Numbered from the stretch's first letter, positions 11,487 to 24,472 are shown. The stretch: 64,000 nucleotides of DNA from an uncultured Acidobacteriota bacterium (GCA_963843575.1 CAWJKZ010000010.1:1-64000); one strand, 5' to 3'. Numbers and translations: made by a program. The notes: generated by a model not told the origin, from the sequence alone.

Positions 11487-12454
11487 TACTGTGTCGTCTT
11501 CCTTTCTGACGGTTTCACCGGCTCCGATTCCCTGAGCGACTTGATGTAGGCGAGGAGCTGGGTGACCTGCTCCTCGTTGACCTGCCCCTGGTAGGTGGGC
11601 ATGATGGGGCTGTAGCCCGCGACCACCTTGGACTGCGGGGTGAGGATGGATTCCCGGAGGTAGTCCTCGTCTGCCACCGCGGCCTGCCCGCTCTCGAGCG
11701 TGAAGCGGCGTCCCAGCAGGTTCTGCAGGGACGGCCCGCGGCCCTGCCCGTCGGGCGTGTGACACGACCCGCAGTCCAGCCTCTGGTAGAGGGCCCGTCC
11801 CGCGGCGGCCATCGACTCGCCAGGGGAGTTCGCCGCGAGCCAGTTCTGGTAATCCGCCGGGCTCATGACCTCCACCCATCCGATCATCCCCGAGTGCTGG
11901 TTACCGCAGTACTCGGCGCAGAACAGGTGGTATTTGCCGGCGCGGGTGGGTTGAAACCACATGGTCGTGTAGCGGCCCGGCAGGACGTCCTGTTTGATCC
12001 GGAACGCCGGGACGAAGAAACTGTGGATGACGTCCTCGGAGGTCATGATGAGCCGCACCGGCACCCCCACCGGCACGTGCAGTTCGTTGATCTCGCGTGC
12101 GCCCTCCGGGTGCTGCAATTTCCACATCCACTGTTTGCCGACGACATAGACCTCGACGGTGCCGAGCGGGGCGCGGGCGTTCCGGAAGTACAGCGTGGCG
12201 CCCCAGCCGAACATGATCATTGTGAGGATGAAGGGGATCACGCTCCAGAGCGTCTCGAGCCCGATCGAGCCCGAGATCGGCTTCGGCCGTTCGTCGGGGG
12301 AGCGGCGGCGGTACTTCACGGCAAAGTAGAAGACCGCCGCGAAAATCAGGATGGAGAAGAAGGCGGAAACGGACACGAGGAAGAAGTAGAGGTCGTCCAC
12401 CCTTCCTGCGATGGTCGAGGCCTTTTCCGGGAACAACGGGAGATCGGACCACAT
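11486..12454 (-). CDS. coxB: Cytochrome c oxidase subunit II with fused cytochrome c (caa3 type)
   Basis: [18 protein letters not shown] (CuA), C-terminal CGSCH. Confidence 0.96.
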   Translation of the reverse strand: MWSDLPLFPEKASTIAGRVDDLYFFLVSVSAFFSILIFAAVFYFAVKYRRRSPDERPKPISGSIGLETLWSVIPFILTMIMFGWGATLYFRNARAPLGTVEVYVVGKQWMWKLQHPEGAREINELHVPVGVPVRLIMTSEDVIHSFFVPAFRIKQDVLPGRYTTMWFQPTRAGKYHLFCAEYCGNQHSGMIGWVEVMSPADYQNWLAANSPGESMAAAGRALYQRLDCGSCHTPDGQGRGPSLQNLLGRRFTLESGQAAVADEDYLRESILTPQSKVVAGYSPIMPTYQGQVNEEQVTQLLAYIKSLRESEPVKPSERKTTQ

Positions 12455-12507
12455 GGTCTATTCGATCCTTCGCATAATTGATCGTGCCAAGACGTTGCGT
12501 ATCCCGC

Positions 12508-13335
12508 TCACGCCTGCGGCTTGAGCGGAGACATCTGGCTCCGGCGGTCGCGCCGGAGCATCAGGAGCACAAACCCGAAGAGCGCCAGGGCGGTCGCGGT
12601 CCCGAGGACCTGGATGACGCGGGTAATGATGAGGCCGTACTTGCCCGTCATCGGGTCGTAGTGAAAACAGAGCAGCAGAACCTGGTCGACCTTGGAGCCG
12701 ATCCGGTTGGAGGCGGCTTCGACGAGCCCGAAGCGCAGGTCCCGTGCGGAATACTCTATGCCGTAATAGTAGCGCGCGAACTTCCCTTCGGGGGTGAGCA
12801 CCATCAAGCCGCTGGCGTGCGCGTATTGCTGCGTGTCGGGGTCCCAGATGTAGCGGAACCCGGCGGCCTGCGTCGCCTTGCGGATGTTCTCCTCGTCCCC
12901 GGTCAGGAAATGCCAGGCGCCGGCGGCCCCGGGCCTGCCGTACTCGCGCGTGTACAGGTCGCGCTTGGCCGCCGCCAGCTCGGGCGTTTCGCGCGGGTTG
13001 AAGCTGATGTTGACCGCCTCGAAGTCCCTGCCCAGTTCGAGCGGCATGGCCCGCATTGCCTTCACGGCGCCGTTGAGCACCAGGGTGCAGAGCATCGGGC
13101 ACTGGTAATAGGCGAACGTCAGGACGACAGGCTTCTGACCGTTGAAAAACCGCCGGAGTTGGACCGGTGCACCCGCCTCGTCCCTGAAGGTCAGGTCGAG
13201 CGGCAGCTGCTGGTCGAGCTTCTGGTCGATGCCGATCTGCTGCAGTATCGGCCCTATCGCCTGCGCCTGCACCGCGGGGCCGCCGAGCAGGAGCACGGCG
13301 AGGGCGGCGGCGCCCGTAAATGCATTTAGTTTCAT
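12508..13335 (-). CDS. SCO family copper chaperone
   Basis: CPMLC motif and YAHASG; located in the oxidase operon. Confidence 0.92.
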   Translation of the reverse strand: MKLNAFTGAAALAVLLLGGPAVQAQAIGPILQQIGIDQKLDQQLPLDLTFRDEAGAPVQLRRFFNGQKPVVLTFAYYQCPMLCTLVLNGAVKAMRAMPLELGRDFEAVNISFNPRETPELAAAKRDLYTREYGRPGAAGAWHFLTGDEENIRKATQAAGFRYIWDPDTQQYAHASGLMVLTPEGKFARYYYGIEYSARDLRFGLVEAASNRIGSKVDQVLLLCFHYDPMTGKYGLIITRVIQVLGTATALALFGFVLLMLRRDRRSQMSPLKPQA

Positions 13336-13813
13336 GGTTGCTTCCTTCCGGTGGTCCGGCCGGAATTCGCGTCCGGGTTCGGGTGATTCCCCCTCCGGGA
13401 AGGCACCCGGCCCGCCCGCGGCCTGCGCTTCCGCCGAGCCACCCTGCGCCCGCTGGGCGAGAAGATCGATCGCGCGGTCGATCGGGATCCGGACTGTGCC
13501 GTTCGGCCGGTCGGCCCACGAGTATGATTTCAGCTGGTTGTCCTCCGCCTCGCGCAGCTTCGTCAGATCGAGTTGCGGGTGGGCCTGCAGCCGCGGCGAG
13601 CGGCGGCAACTGCTGGCCGGTGATCAGCGGCGAGGGCGGAGGCCCCTCGCCGTCAGTCTCCCTGCCCATGTAATCGAACAGGAACCGGGGGACGAAGAGG
13701 CCCGCGAGGGCGATCACCCCGAGCAGCAACACACCGATGAGCGCGACCTTGCCCACCTTGATGTCGCGCTTCTCGTGGCGAGCGCTGCCGCCCGCGGACG
13801 TGTCCTTATCCAT
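13336..13813 (-). CDS. Small membrane subunit of the ACIII cluster (ActG-like); frameshift near 13600, 3' end uncertain
   Basis: HEKRD plus TM, then PRLQ..YSWADR..VRIPIDRAIDLL in the shifted frame. Confidence 0.7.
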
Positions 13814-14981
13814 GACTCAATTCCACCTTCAGGAGCTGGGGGTCGTGCGCCGGGATCAGCGGGCGCGATTTGAGCTGTCGCACGTACAGCCCGACCCAGA
13901 AACCGCCGATCGCCAGCGGCAGCGCGGCATCGAGCCAGTGCACCCGGATGCCTTTCGCCCCGGCCGAGGGCTCGACCATCCAGAGGAGGTCGATCAGCCG
14001 TACCACGAGCAGGGCCAGCGCCAGCCTGCCGACCAGCCTCGCCCGGCGCTTGACCTGGCGCGACAACAGCAGCAGGAACGGCACGGCAAAATGGAACACC
14101 ACCAGGAACACGGCCACAAACGCCCAGGCGCCTGCCAGCCGGTGCTTGTACCAGATGACCTCCTCGGGGAGGTTCCCCGCCCAGATGATGAGGAACTGCG
14201 AAAACCCGATGTAGGCCCAGAGCATGACGAAGGCGAGCAGCAGGTTGCCGAGGTCGTTCATCTTGGTTGGGAGCGCCACGCCGGAGAGCGGCTCGCGGTC
14301 GGCCAGGAACATCGTTGCCCCGATCACGAACGCAAACGCGCTCAGGACCTGGCCCACCATGAAGAGCATCCCAAAGGCGGTCGAGAACCAGTCCGGTTCG
14401 AGCGACATGATCCAATCGACCGACGCGAAGGTGGCGGCGAGCCCGTAGAGAACCAGCCCGGGGGCGCTCAGGGCTTCCATGCGCCGCGCGGCCGAGGGGG
14501 CGCCCGTGCGGTCCTGCTCGTCGGACCACTTGTTCAGGAAATAGGCGAGCGCCAGCCAGATCGCGAAATAGAGGACAAGGCGGCCGATGAAAAACGGGGT
14601 GTTCAGGTAGGCGCTCTTGTGCTGGAGCAGGTGGTCGCGCGCCACCACGTCGGGATGGGACCATTCGTAGATCGTCGGGATACCCAGCACGAGGGGGATG
14701 CTCAGGAGCGCCATGAAGGGGAGCATGCGGCTGGCCGCCTCGAGCAGCCGCCGCACGATGAGGCCCCAGCCGCCGCCGGTCAGGTGATAGATCATCAGGA
14801 CGGCCGTGCTCCCGGCCGCGATCCCGGTCCAGAAGAGGAAGCCCACCAGGTAGGAGTGGAAGAACTGGTCACGGTTGGTGAGGACGCCTGCGGCGGAGGC
14901 CAGCGCGCTCACGACCCCCACGACAAAAGCCGCGCGCTGGATGCGGTCCGCCTGGATCCCGAACGTGTCGCTCTGGTTCAT
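13806..14981 (-). CDS. actF: Alternative complex III subunit ActF
   Basis: Polytopic membrane protein, VDWIMSLEPDWFST, FSQFLIIWAGNLPEE. Confidence 0.9.
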   Translation of the reverse strand: MNQSDTFGIQADRIQRAAFVVGVVSALASAAGVLTNRDQFFHSYLVGFLFWTGIAAGSTAVLMIYHLTGGGWGLIVRRLLEAASRMLPFMALLSIPLVLGIPTIYEWSHPDVVARDHLLQHKSAYLNTPFFIGRLVLYFAIWLALAYFLNKWSDEQDRTGAPSAARRMEALSAPGLVLYGLAATFASVDWIMSLEPDWFSTAFGMLFMVGQVLSAFAFVIGATMFLADREPLSGVALPTKMNDLGNLLLAFVMLWAYIGFSQFLIIWAGNLPEEVIWYKHRLAGAWAFVAVFLVVFHFAVPFLLLLSRQVKRRARLVGRLALALLVVRLIDLLWMVEPSAGAKGIRVHWLDAALPLAIGGFWVGLYVRQLKSRPLIPAHDPQLLKVELSHG

Positions 14982-15562
14982 TTCTCGTTCTTGAGCAGTT
15001 TATCGCGCTCCCCGGCCGGGACGTCGTCGATCGTCGCCGCCTGGCTCAGTTGGAGTGCGCGGATGTAAGCCGTGATGGCCCAGCGGTCCGCCGGGCCAAC
15101 ACGGGAGGCGTAGCTCGCCATGACACCGAACCCGTTGGTCATCACATCGAAGAAGTGGCCGTCGGGCGCCTCCTGCAGGCGCTCGACGTGGTACGAGGGC
15201 GGGGTCTGGAATCCGCGCTGCACCACCATCCCCTGACCATCGCCTGTCCGCCCGTGGCAGGGCGAGCAATAGATGTCGAAGCGTTCGTGCCCGCGCTCCA
15301 GTACCCGGCGCGTCACCGGGAACGGGATCTTGTCGATGGGGACGCCATTCTGCTTGCCGGTGTAAAACGGCTCGTTGTCGCGCAGCTGGCCCCGCGCCAC
15401 TGTCGCGTCCACGGGGGGCCGGGCGGCGCGCCCGTCCTGAAACAGGGGGCTGGCCGTCAGCGGGTTGTAGCGGGGCTGCTCGCGCATGTTGGGACTGCAC
15501 GCCGCCGACACCAGGGCCGCCAGCGGAAGCCACACGCGCAGGGTCTTCAGATGGCGTCTCAA
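14978..15562 (-). CDS. actE: ACIII monoheme cytochrome c lipoprotein ActE
   Basis: Lipobox-like SAAC and CSPCH; probable TTG start overlapping the actD stop. Confidence 0.88.
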   Translation of the reverse strand: MRRHLKTLRVWLPLAALVSAACSPNMREQPRYNPLTASPLFQDGRAARPPVDATVARGQLRDNEPFYTGKQNGVPIDKIPFPVTRRVLERGHERFDIYCSPCHGRTGDGQGMVVQRGFQTPPSYHVERLQEAPDGHFFDVMTNGFGVMASYASRVGPADRWAITAYIRALQLSQAATIDDVPAGERDKLLKNEK

Positions 15563-16092
15563 GAGTCCACCTCCGAGACCTCGCTGGCGCCCAGCGACTG
15601 CAGGAACACCCACGTCCCCATGCGGTCGAATTTCGGGTCGGCGGCTTCGATGCATAGAAAGAAATGGTTGCGGCTGGCCAGCGCGAAGCGCGGCACGTTG
15701 AAGACCGGATGATAGGGGGTCGGGAGCCCGTTCAGCGCGATCATCCCCAGAACCGCCGATAGCGCGGCGCACAGGATCGTCAGCTCGAACGTGATCGGTA
15801 TGAACGACGGCCAGCTGTTGAGCGGCCGCCCCCCGATGTTGAGCGGGTAGTCTATGGCCGACAGGTAGTACTGCATGAAGAAGCCCCCGACACAGCCGGC
15901 CAGGCCGCCGAGCAGCACGATGAGCGGCAGACGGGTGTGTTCGAAGCCGACGGCCTCCGACAGCCCCTCGATGGGGAGCGGGGTGTAAGCGTCCAGCTTC
16001 CGGTACCCCTCGGCGTGGGCGCGGCGCGCCGCTGCAAGCAGCTGCTCCGGGTCGTCAAACTCGGCCATCAATCCATAGAGAGGCGCTGTCAT
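15559..16092 (-). CDS. actD: ACIII subunit ActD (DUF3341)
   Basis: DAYTPLPIEGL, YPLNIGGRP, ITFELTIL. Confidence 0.92.
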   Translation of the reverse strand: MTAPLYGLMAEFDDPEQLLAAARRAHAEGYRKLDAYTPLPIEGLSEAVGFEHTRLPLIVLLGGLAGCVGGFFMQYYLSAIDYPLNIGGRPLNSWPSFIPITFELTILCAALSAVLGMIALNGLPTPYHPVFNVPRFALASRNHFFLCIEAADPKFDRMGTWVFLQSLGASEVSEVDS

Positions 16093-16174
16093 GGTCGTGC
16101 ACGTTCCCAGTCGCGTTCGAAATACCTCGAGTCTTCCGGGCCTGGAGGCTCCAAGGCCCGAACGCCCAATGAAA

Positions 16175-17560
<1,386 letters not shown>

Positions 17561-17563
17561 CCG

Positions 17564-20500
17564 CTATTCCCTCTCAATCGCCGGATTGGGGTTCCTCAGC
17601 TTCGCCAGGTACGTGGTTCTCGGTCGCGTGTTCAGGTCGGCGAGCAGGCCGTAGTTGAGCGGGCCGGACTTCAGTTGCGCCACCTGGCTCGAGCGGTCGT
17701 TGATGTCGCCGAACACGATCGCGCTGGTGGGGCAGGCGGCCTGGCAGGCGGTGAGGATCTCGCCGTCGCGGATCGGCCGGTCCTCCTTCTCCGCCTCGAT
17801 CTTGGCGGCGTTGATCCGCTGCACACAGTAAGTGCACTTTTCCATGACGCCCCGCGCGCGCACCGTCACATCGGGGTTGCGCAGCGGCTTCAGGCTCTCG
17901 GTGTCCCAGTCGGAGAACTGGAGGAAATTGAACCGCCGCACCTTGTAGGGGCAGTTGTTGGAGCAGTAGCGCGTTCCGACGCAGCGGTTGTACACCATCT
18001 GGTTGAGGCCTTCGGCGCTGTGGGTGGTGGCCGCGACGGGGCAGACCACCTCGCAGGGGGCCGTTTCGCAGTGCATGCACGGGAGCGGCTGGAAGTGCGT
18101 CGACGGGTTGTCGATGTTCCCCTCGAAGTAACGGTCGACGCGCAGCCAGTGCATTTCCCGGCCGTTGAGGACCTGCTCTTTGCCGACGATGGGGATGTTG
18201 TTTTCCGCCTGGCAGGCAACCACGCAGGCGTTGCAGCCCGTGCAGGCGCCGAGGTTGATGCCCATGCCCCAGGCGTGGCTCTTCGAGTAGTCGTAGTTCG
18301 GGTAGAGGGTCAGGTCGTGCGGCGGCTCCTCCCCCATTTCCTGCGCGAACTTCGGGTTTTGTTCGTACTCGGCGGCCGTGCCGACGCGCACGAGATGGCG
18401 GCCGTCCATCGTGTGGTGGTCCTGCGTGCAGGCCAGCGCGGATGCTCCGCCGGTGGCGCGCAGCGAGGCGCCGTGCCCGAACCAGGGGGCGTCGGACATG
18501 CGCACGGCATAGCCGTTGTAGCCCGCGCCGGTCCCGACCCGCCCGGCCTGGAGCCGGCCGTTGCCCAGGTACACCGTCACCGTGTCGTCGGGCTGCCCCG
18601 GGCTGATCCAGACCGGACCCCGGAGCACGCTTTCCCGGTACTGCAGCTCCACGGTCGCCCGCGGCTGCAGGTTCCCGAGTTTCCGGGACGTTTCCGGGCT
18701 GACCAGGATGGCGTTTTCCCAGGTCAGTTTCGTCAGCGGCTTCGGGAGCTCCTGCAACCAGCCGTTGTTGGCGATAGCGCCCGTCGAAGACGGTCGGGTC
18801 GGGGCGGAAGACGATGTCAGAGCTCCGTCGGACCCGCAGAAGAAGCCCGGCGCACGGGAGCGCCTGCCCCGGCCGGGGACGGACTTCAGGGCGACCGGGC
18901 GCGCCGGATAAGCGGTACCCGCGACGACCCCGTCGTGCAGGGCCGCGCGCCAGGCCGTCCTCGAAATCCCCGCCCTGCATCTTGTCGCCCCAGTATTCCC
19001 GGACGAGGTCGTAACCGCTCACCCCCGCCCTGCCGGCAAACGCGGCGAGGAGCTCGTGGGCGGACTTGCCGTCGTACAGCGGCGCGATCAGCGGCTGGAT
19101 GATGGACGCGGTGCCGTCGAACGCGCGGGCGTCGCTCCAGGATTCCAGGTAGTGGGCTTCCGGGATGTGCCAGTTCGACAGCCGCGCGGTTTCGTCGTTA
19201 TAGAGGCCGAGGTGTATGCGCTGCTTCACCTTCATGAAGTGCCTGGAGAATTCGACGTCCGCCGGGGCGGCAAAAACGGGGTTCGCGCCCAGGACGACGA
19301 GCGTTTCCACCCGGCCCGCCTTCATGTCCTCCACCAGCTCGAGCAGCGAGCGGGTCTGGTCGACCGGGTTGGCTTCGACCGGGTCGGTGTAGATCACTGT
19401 CGAGCCCGACGTTCCCGAGGCCGGCGTTGATCGCGTGCGCGAGCGCGTGCACGGCCGGTCCCTGGTACTCGCCGGGAACCACGAGACTCGAGCCGCGGCG
19501 CCCCTTCAGGTCGTTCACGACGGCGGCCACCCAGTTGGCCGGCGCGGATGAATCGGATGACCCTTCGACCTGCAGGCCGAGCCCGCGCGCCACCGCGCGC
19601 GCGAAGTTTTCCACTTCGCCCGGACGCAGCGGCAGCCGGTGGTCGGCGACGGCGCCGGTGTTGGACGGGCGTGCTTTCGACCGCGTAGACGCGGTTCATG
19701 CCGCCCTGGCCCGGCCGCCGCCTGGACGCCCACTCGCGCGCGTACCGGAGGTGAGCCGGTCCACACGAGAGGAAATCGGCGTCGAGTGAGAGGATCACGT
19801 CGGCCCTGGCCACGTTGTACACGGGGTTGACATAGGCGCCGAAGGCGAGCAGCGATCCGGCCCGGGCGCTGTCAGCCCCGGCCGGCTCGTACTGGTGCCA
19901 GCGCGCGGCCGGGAACAGCGCGAGCAGGGCCCGGATCTGCGCCACCAGCGTCGGGGACGACACCGTCTCGGTGAGGATCCTCAGACCTGCGCCGTTGTCG
20001 ACAGCCTGGAGGCCGCGCTCGTTGTCGAGCGCCACCCTGGCCGCGGCCCAGCTGCTCGTGCGCCCGTTCTGCAGGACCGCCTGCGAGCGGTCCGGGTCGT
20101 ACAGGGTCAGGATCGACGCCTGCGCGAACGCGTCGGTCGCGCCGAGGCTGGCCGGGTGCTGGGGATTGCCTTCGATCTTGGTCGGCCGCCCGAGATGGCT
20201 CTCGACGAGGATTCCGGTCGCGTAACCGGACAGCGGCATCGCGGTCGCATAGAAAAGCGGCTTCCCCGGGACGAAGTCTTCCGGGGCCCGGACGTATGGG
20301 ACAATCTTTTCCGGGGGACCGCTCGTGCACGCGGTAAAACCGGCCAGGGCGAGCGACGCCCCCATGACCTTCAGCATCTCGCGCCGGTTGATATTGCCGG
20401 ACCGGGACGGCTCGAGGGCGGGAAACTCGTTGTGCAGAAATTCCCGGAACTCGTCGGTGTCGGCAAGCTGCTCCAGGCTGCGCCAGTAATCCCGGCCCCG

Positions 20501-20569
20501 GGATGCGCTCAGGCGCTCCCGGATGGCCCCCAGGTCAAGAGTCCGTCGCTTGGTCACTTCGTCGCTCAT
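17564..20569 (-). CDS. actB: ACIII subunit ActB (molybdopterin-oxidoreductase-like plus Fe-S domain); about five frameshifts
   Basis: YWRSLEQL, Tat-like RREMLK, GRPTKIEGNPQHP, CTGCNACVVAC, CMHCETAPCEVVCP and CVGTRYC spread over consecutive ORFs. Confidence 0.9.
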
Positions 20570-21216
20570 CGGTGGCAGGTATAGCAGTCGGTCAGCTTCT
20601 GGATCTTGTATTCCTTCACGAGCCTCGCACCCAGGGCCGCCTGATCCGGCGGAGGATTCCAGTCCATGGCGTAGATCCGGTCGCGCGGCCGCACGTACCG
20701 TTCCGGCGCGCGGTGGCAGTCTAGGCACCATTCCATCAACAGCGTGTTCTGGCGCCAGGTGAGAGGCATCTGGTCCACCCGGCCGTGGCAGGTCGAGCAG
20801 CCCACGCCCTTGTTTATATGAATGCTGTGATCGAAGAAAACGAAGTCGGGCAGGTTATGAACGCGGTTCCATTGCAGCGACCGATCCGTGCGATAACTGG
20901 CCCGCACCGGTTCCAGCATGGGACTGTCGGGCCAGATCTGCGAGTGACAGGTCATGCAGGTTTCCGTGGGCGGGATGCCCGCAAAGGACGACGTTTCCAC
21001 CGAAACGTGGCAATAGCGACAGTCGATCCCCGCGTCGCTCACGTGGTGTTTGTGGCTGAACGGGACCGGCTGCTCGGGCGCGATGTTCGTGCCCGTGACG
21101 TAGTCGGAGCGGAACCACTGTGAACCCGCCCAGCCCAGCCCTGCGAGCAGCAGGATCACCCCGGCAATCGTCACTCGCGATAGAGTATTCGAACTCGGAT
21201 GAAAGATCTGAGCCAT
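20566..21216 (-). CDS. actA: ACIII pentaheme cytochrome c ActA
   Basis: Five CxxCH motifs, PFSHKHH. Confidence 0.94.
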   Translation of the reverse strand: MAQIFHPSSNTLSRVTIAGVILLLAGLGWAGSQWFRSDYVTGTNIAPEQPVPFSHKHHVSDAGIDCRYCHVSVETSSFAGIPPTETCMTCHSQIWPDSPMLEPVRASYRTDRSLQWNRVHNLPDFVFFDHSIHINKGVGCSTCHGRVDQMPLTWRQNTLLMEWCLDCHRAPERYVRPRDRIYAMDWNPPPDQAALGARLVKEYKIQKLTDCYTCHR

Positions 21217-21253
21217 CGAAATTCTTAGGACTGATGTTCACAAATACGATAAT

Positions 21254-21407
21254 GCATTTTTTAGGACGCGGATGCGCGCAGATCCCCACGGAACGACCTA
21301 GCGACAGGCCGCGTCCGATCCGCGTGAATCCGTTGGATCCGTGGAATCTGCGTTCTGTTCTCGCTTTTGTCCTGCATTACCCGTGTTGTTCTGCGTCCTG
21401 AAAAATG
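21254..21407. repeat. MITE-like element with imperfect terminal inverted repeats (family B, copy 1)
   Basis: Ends gcattttttaggacgc and gcgtcctgaaaatgc; core shared with 55001-55209. Confidence 0.7.
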
Positions 21408-21625
21408 CGTCGGCCTACTTATGAGACTGTGTACTTAGGTTCGGAATTCAGGGGGGTACTCTTTCAAAGAATCGCCGAGCACCTGGTCATGCGTTCAGCA
21501 ACTTCTTATCATCCGGATTTTTTTGGTCATCCGGGGTGAAACGGCCGCACTCGTAAGGCTTCAACCTCTGGCACTTGTGGCCTTGCGCAGACCACACACT
21601 CAACCCGAGAACTGAGCGACGTGTA

Positions 21626-21654
21626 AGTATAAGCAGGCCCCCGTGTCATGTCAA
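21626..21654 (-). promoter_or_regulatory. Sigma70 promoter for the act-cox operon
   Basis: TTGACA-N17-TATACT on the minus strand. Confidence 0.75.
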
Positions 21655-21772
21655 AAAAGATTGCGTCGATCCGGGGATGGGCGCGCGGCGGCGAAAAAAA
21701 CGCGGGCCCGGAGCGGCGCGGGAGGTATTCTTGGGGACGCAACACGGGCATGTTCAGGGGGGCGGAAACGAT

Positions 21773-23209
21773 ATGCGGAAAGCGAAAATTGTGGCCACCA
21801 TAGGGCCCGCGAGCGCGGAGCCCGCGACGTTGCGTGCGCTGATGCTGGCCGGCCTCGATGTGGCGCGCGTCAACATGTCGCACGGCACACAGGCAGGCCA
21901 CCGGGAGTCCATAAGCCGCATCCGGCAGGCCGCCGTGGAAACGGAGCGGAATGTCGCAGTGCTGCTCGACCTGTCGGGGCCGAAGATCCGCACCGGGCGC
22001 CTCCGGGGCGGGCAGGCGCAACTGGTCGACGGGGCCCCCGTCGAGCTCGTACCGGCGGAGATCGAAGGGTCCGCCGAGCGTTTCTCCGTGAACTACCCGG
22101 CCCTCGCCGACGAGATCCGGGTAGACGACCGGATCCTGATCGGCGACGGCGAGATCGAGTTGAAGGTGGTGGGGCGCTCCCCGGGCCTGGTCACGGCGAC
22201 CGTCGTGCAGGGCGGCACGCTGGGCGAACACAAGGGGTTGAATTTCCCCGGCGCGCGGCTCTCGGTCGAATCGGTGACCCCGAAGGACGTCTCCGACCTG
22301 GCGTTCGGGATCGAAAACGGCGTCGATCTCATCGCACTCTCGTTCGTGCGCAGCGCGTCGGACTGCCGGACCGCGCGCGAACTCATCCGCAAGAACGGGG
22401 GAAGGGCGAGGCTGATCGCGAAGATCGAGAAACCGGAAGCCGTCGACGACCTCTGCGGCATCCTGGCGGAGTCGGACGGCGTCATGGTGGCGCGCGGCGA
22501 CCTGGCAGTCGAGACCAGCCCGGAGGCCGTGCCGCTGCTGCAAAAGAAGATCATCGCCGACGCCATGGCCGCGCAGAAGATCGTGATCACCGCGACCCAG
22601 ATGCTGCAGTCGATGACCGACAACCCGCGGCCGACCAGAGCCGAAGCCTCCGACGTCGCCAACGCCGTCCTGGACGGGTCCGACGCCCTCATGCTGTCGG
22701 CGGAAACGGCCGTGGGCCACTTCCCGGTCGAGGCGGTCCGGATGATGAGCCGCATCATCGAATCCACAGAATCGCCGCGCGTGCCCATCCCGTTCACACC
22801 GCCGGCTGCGCTGGGCGCATCGACCTGCGCCCGGCGCCAGAGCGGTTCGACCGACCGCGCCCTGGCCGAGGCGGCCCGGTTCGCCGCCGAAGAGATCGAC
22901 GCCCGACTGATCGTGGTCCTAACCGTGTCCGGTCATATGGGAAGGGCTGTGGCCGCGTTGCGCCCGCAGCAGCGGATCATCGCGCTGACGACGCAGCTCC
23001 TCACCTGCAGGCAGCTGTCGCTGTCCTGGGGAGTCGAGGCGCGCCTGCTCGGCGAATTCCCACCCGGCGCGGAGCAGGTGCTGGCGCTGGCGGACTCGGC
23101 CCTGTTGAAGGAAGAGCTGGCGGGGCACGGGGAGAGCGTCGTCTTCATCGCCGGCCACATGCGGGATTCGGCGCTCTCTGACTCCGTCAAAATCCACCGC
23201 GTTGGGTAA
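21773..23209 (+). CDS. pyk: Pyruvate kinase
   Basis: KIVATIGPAS, MVARGDL, TATQML, PTRAEASDVANA. Confidence 0.97.
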   Translation: MRKAKIVATIGPASAEPATLRALMLAGLDVARVNMSHGTQAGHRESISRIRQAAVETERNVAVLLDLSGPKIRTGRLRGGQAQLVDGAPVELVPAEIEGSAERFSVNYPALADEIRVDDRILIGDGEIELKVVGRSPGLVTATVVQGGTLGEHKGLNFPGARLSVESVTPKDVSDLAFGIENGVDLIALSFVRSASDCRTARELIRKNGGRARLIAKIEKPEAVDDLCGILAESDGVMVARGDLAVETSPEAVPLLQKKIIADAMAAQKIVITATQMLQSMTDNPRPTRAEASDVANAVLDGSDALMLSAETAVGHFPVEAVRMMSRIIESTESPRVPIPFTPPAALGASTCARRQSGSTDRALAEAARFAAEEIDARLIVVLTVSGHMGRAVAALRPQQRIIALTTQLLTCRQLSLSWGVEARLLGEFPPGAEQVLALADSALLKEELAGHGESVVFIAGHMRDSALSDSVKIHRVG

Positions 23210-23230
23210 AGCGGGGGGAATTAAAAAACT

Positions 23231-23301
23231 GCGGCGCCGAGGCGCCGGGCATTCCGGCCGCAGGACGCAAGCAGAAAGCGGCGCCTAGGCGCCGCACTCC
23301 A
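23231..23301. repeat. REP cluster overlapping the AKR stop codon
   Basis: gcggcgccgaggcgccg ... aaagcggcgcctaggcgccgcactcca. Confidence 0.75.
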
Positions 23302-24169
23302 TATTGCGGAAGAGGGGGGCAGCCCGGCGGGAACCGGCCAGGAGGGCGCGGCACTCGGCGTCATCCAGGGGAGTGAAGTCCGCCGCCAGCCGCACCGCCA
23401 TGCGGAACAGGGGCTCTTCCCCGGGCGGGATCGCGGCCACGACATCCTGGGACAACGCGAAACGCAGGGCATCCCGCGCACCGTCCGGGTCGTCGATCGG
23501 GCGATACCAGCATTTCGGATATCTGCGTTCTTCGCCGGAGTGCCACCTGCCGTCGGCCAGCGCCTTCAGAGCAATCACCGAGACACCGCGGCTTCGGGCA
23601 GCCTCCACCACCTGCGACCCGAACCGGCCCCGTCCCCAGCAGGAGACATTTACGGGCAGGAGCACCGAATCAAAACGAAAGCGCTCGAGCAGCTGCAGTG
23701 CCGCGGGAACGGAGTGCGCCGAAAACCCGAGGTGGCGGACCAACCCCAGCTCCCTCGCCTCCGCCAAGGCCTCCAATGCGCCGCCCGGCGCGCAGGTCCG
23801 CTCCGCTTCTTCGACGGAACCGATTGCGTGCAGCTGGTAAAGGTCCAAATACCCGGTGCGCAGCCTCCCGAGCGAGCGTTCCAGTTCGGCCCGCGCAGCG
23901 TCCGCTCGGCGCTCGAGCGTCTTACACGCCAGGAACACGCCGTCGCGGCACCCGCGGAGTGCATTGCCGAGCTTCATCTCGCCCTCGCCCTCGCCATAGG
24001 CCGGGGCGACGTCGAAGTAGTTTATGCCCCAGTCGAGCGACTCTCCCACCAGCCTCTCGAGCGCGTCCTGCGACATCCCGACCGCCAGCATTCCGCCGAA
24101 CCCGACGATGGACAGATCCACTCCGGGTCCGTACCGACGTTTCGGCAGCCGTGGTTGCGAGGGAGCCAT
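23285..24169 (-). CDS. Aldo/keto reductase
   Basis: LSIVGFGG, YFDVAPAYG, LDLYQLH, GFSAH. Confidence 0.92.
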   Translation of the reverse strand: MAPSQPRLPKRRYGPGVDLSIVGFGGMLAVGMSQDALERLVGESLDWGINYFDVAPAYGEGEGEMKLGNALRGCRDGVFLACKTLERRADAARAELERSLGRLRTGYLDLYQLHAIGSVEEAERTCAPGGALEALAEARELGLVRHLGFSAHSVPAALQLLERFRFDSVLLPVNVSCWGRGRFGSQVVEAARSRGVSVIALKALADGRWHSGEERRYPKCWYRPIDDPDGARDALRFALSQDVVAAIPPGEEPLFRMAVRLAADFTPLDDAECRALLAGSRRAAPLFRNMECGA

Positions 24170-24191
24170 GATCCTCAACTCATAGCGGCAC

Positions 24192-24250
24192 TTGGAGTGC
24201 GGCGGTACCCAAGCGCCATCCACAAAGAGGCGCCGGCTGCGGCACTTCCA
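24192..24250. repeat. Degenerate REP doublet
   Basis: ttggagtgcggcgg ... ggcacttcca. Confidence 0.55.
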
Positions 24251-24472
24251 TAATCCGTGGGGCACACCACAAGCGTGCAGTGGGGTGCAGGAGAGCAATG
24301 GGGGAAACTGCTCGCGCCGCGCACACCACTACCTTCGCGAGTCCGTGCAGTCGATCGACTTCTGGGGAATGTGCAGTCGCGGCTGTTCTCGCAGGTCGGA
24401 TCCGCGCTCGTGCCGCCGGGGAGCGTCCGGGAGGCCACGGAACTGTCCGGGGCCTCCTCGGTAACAATAATC

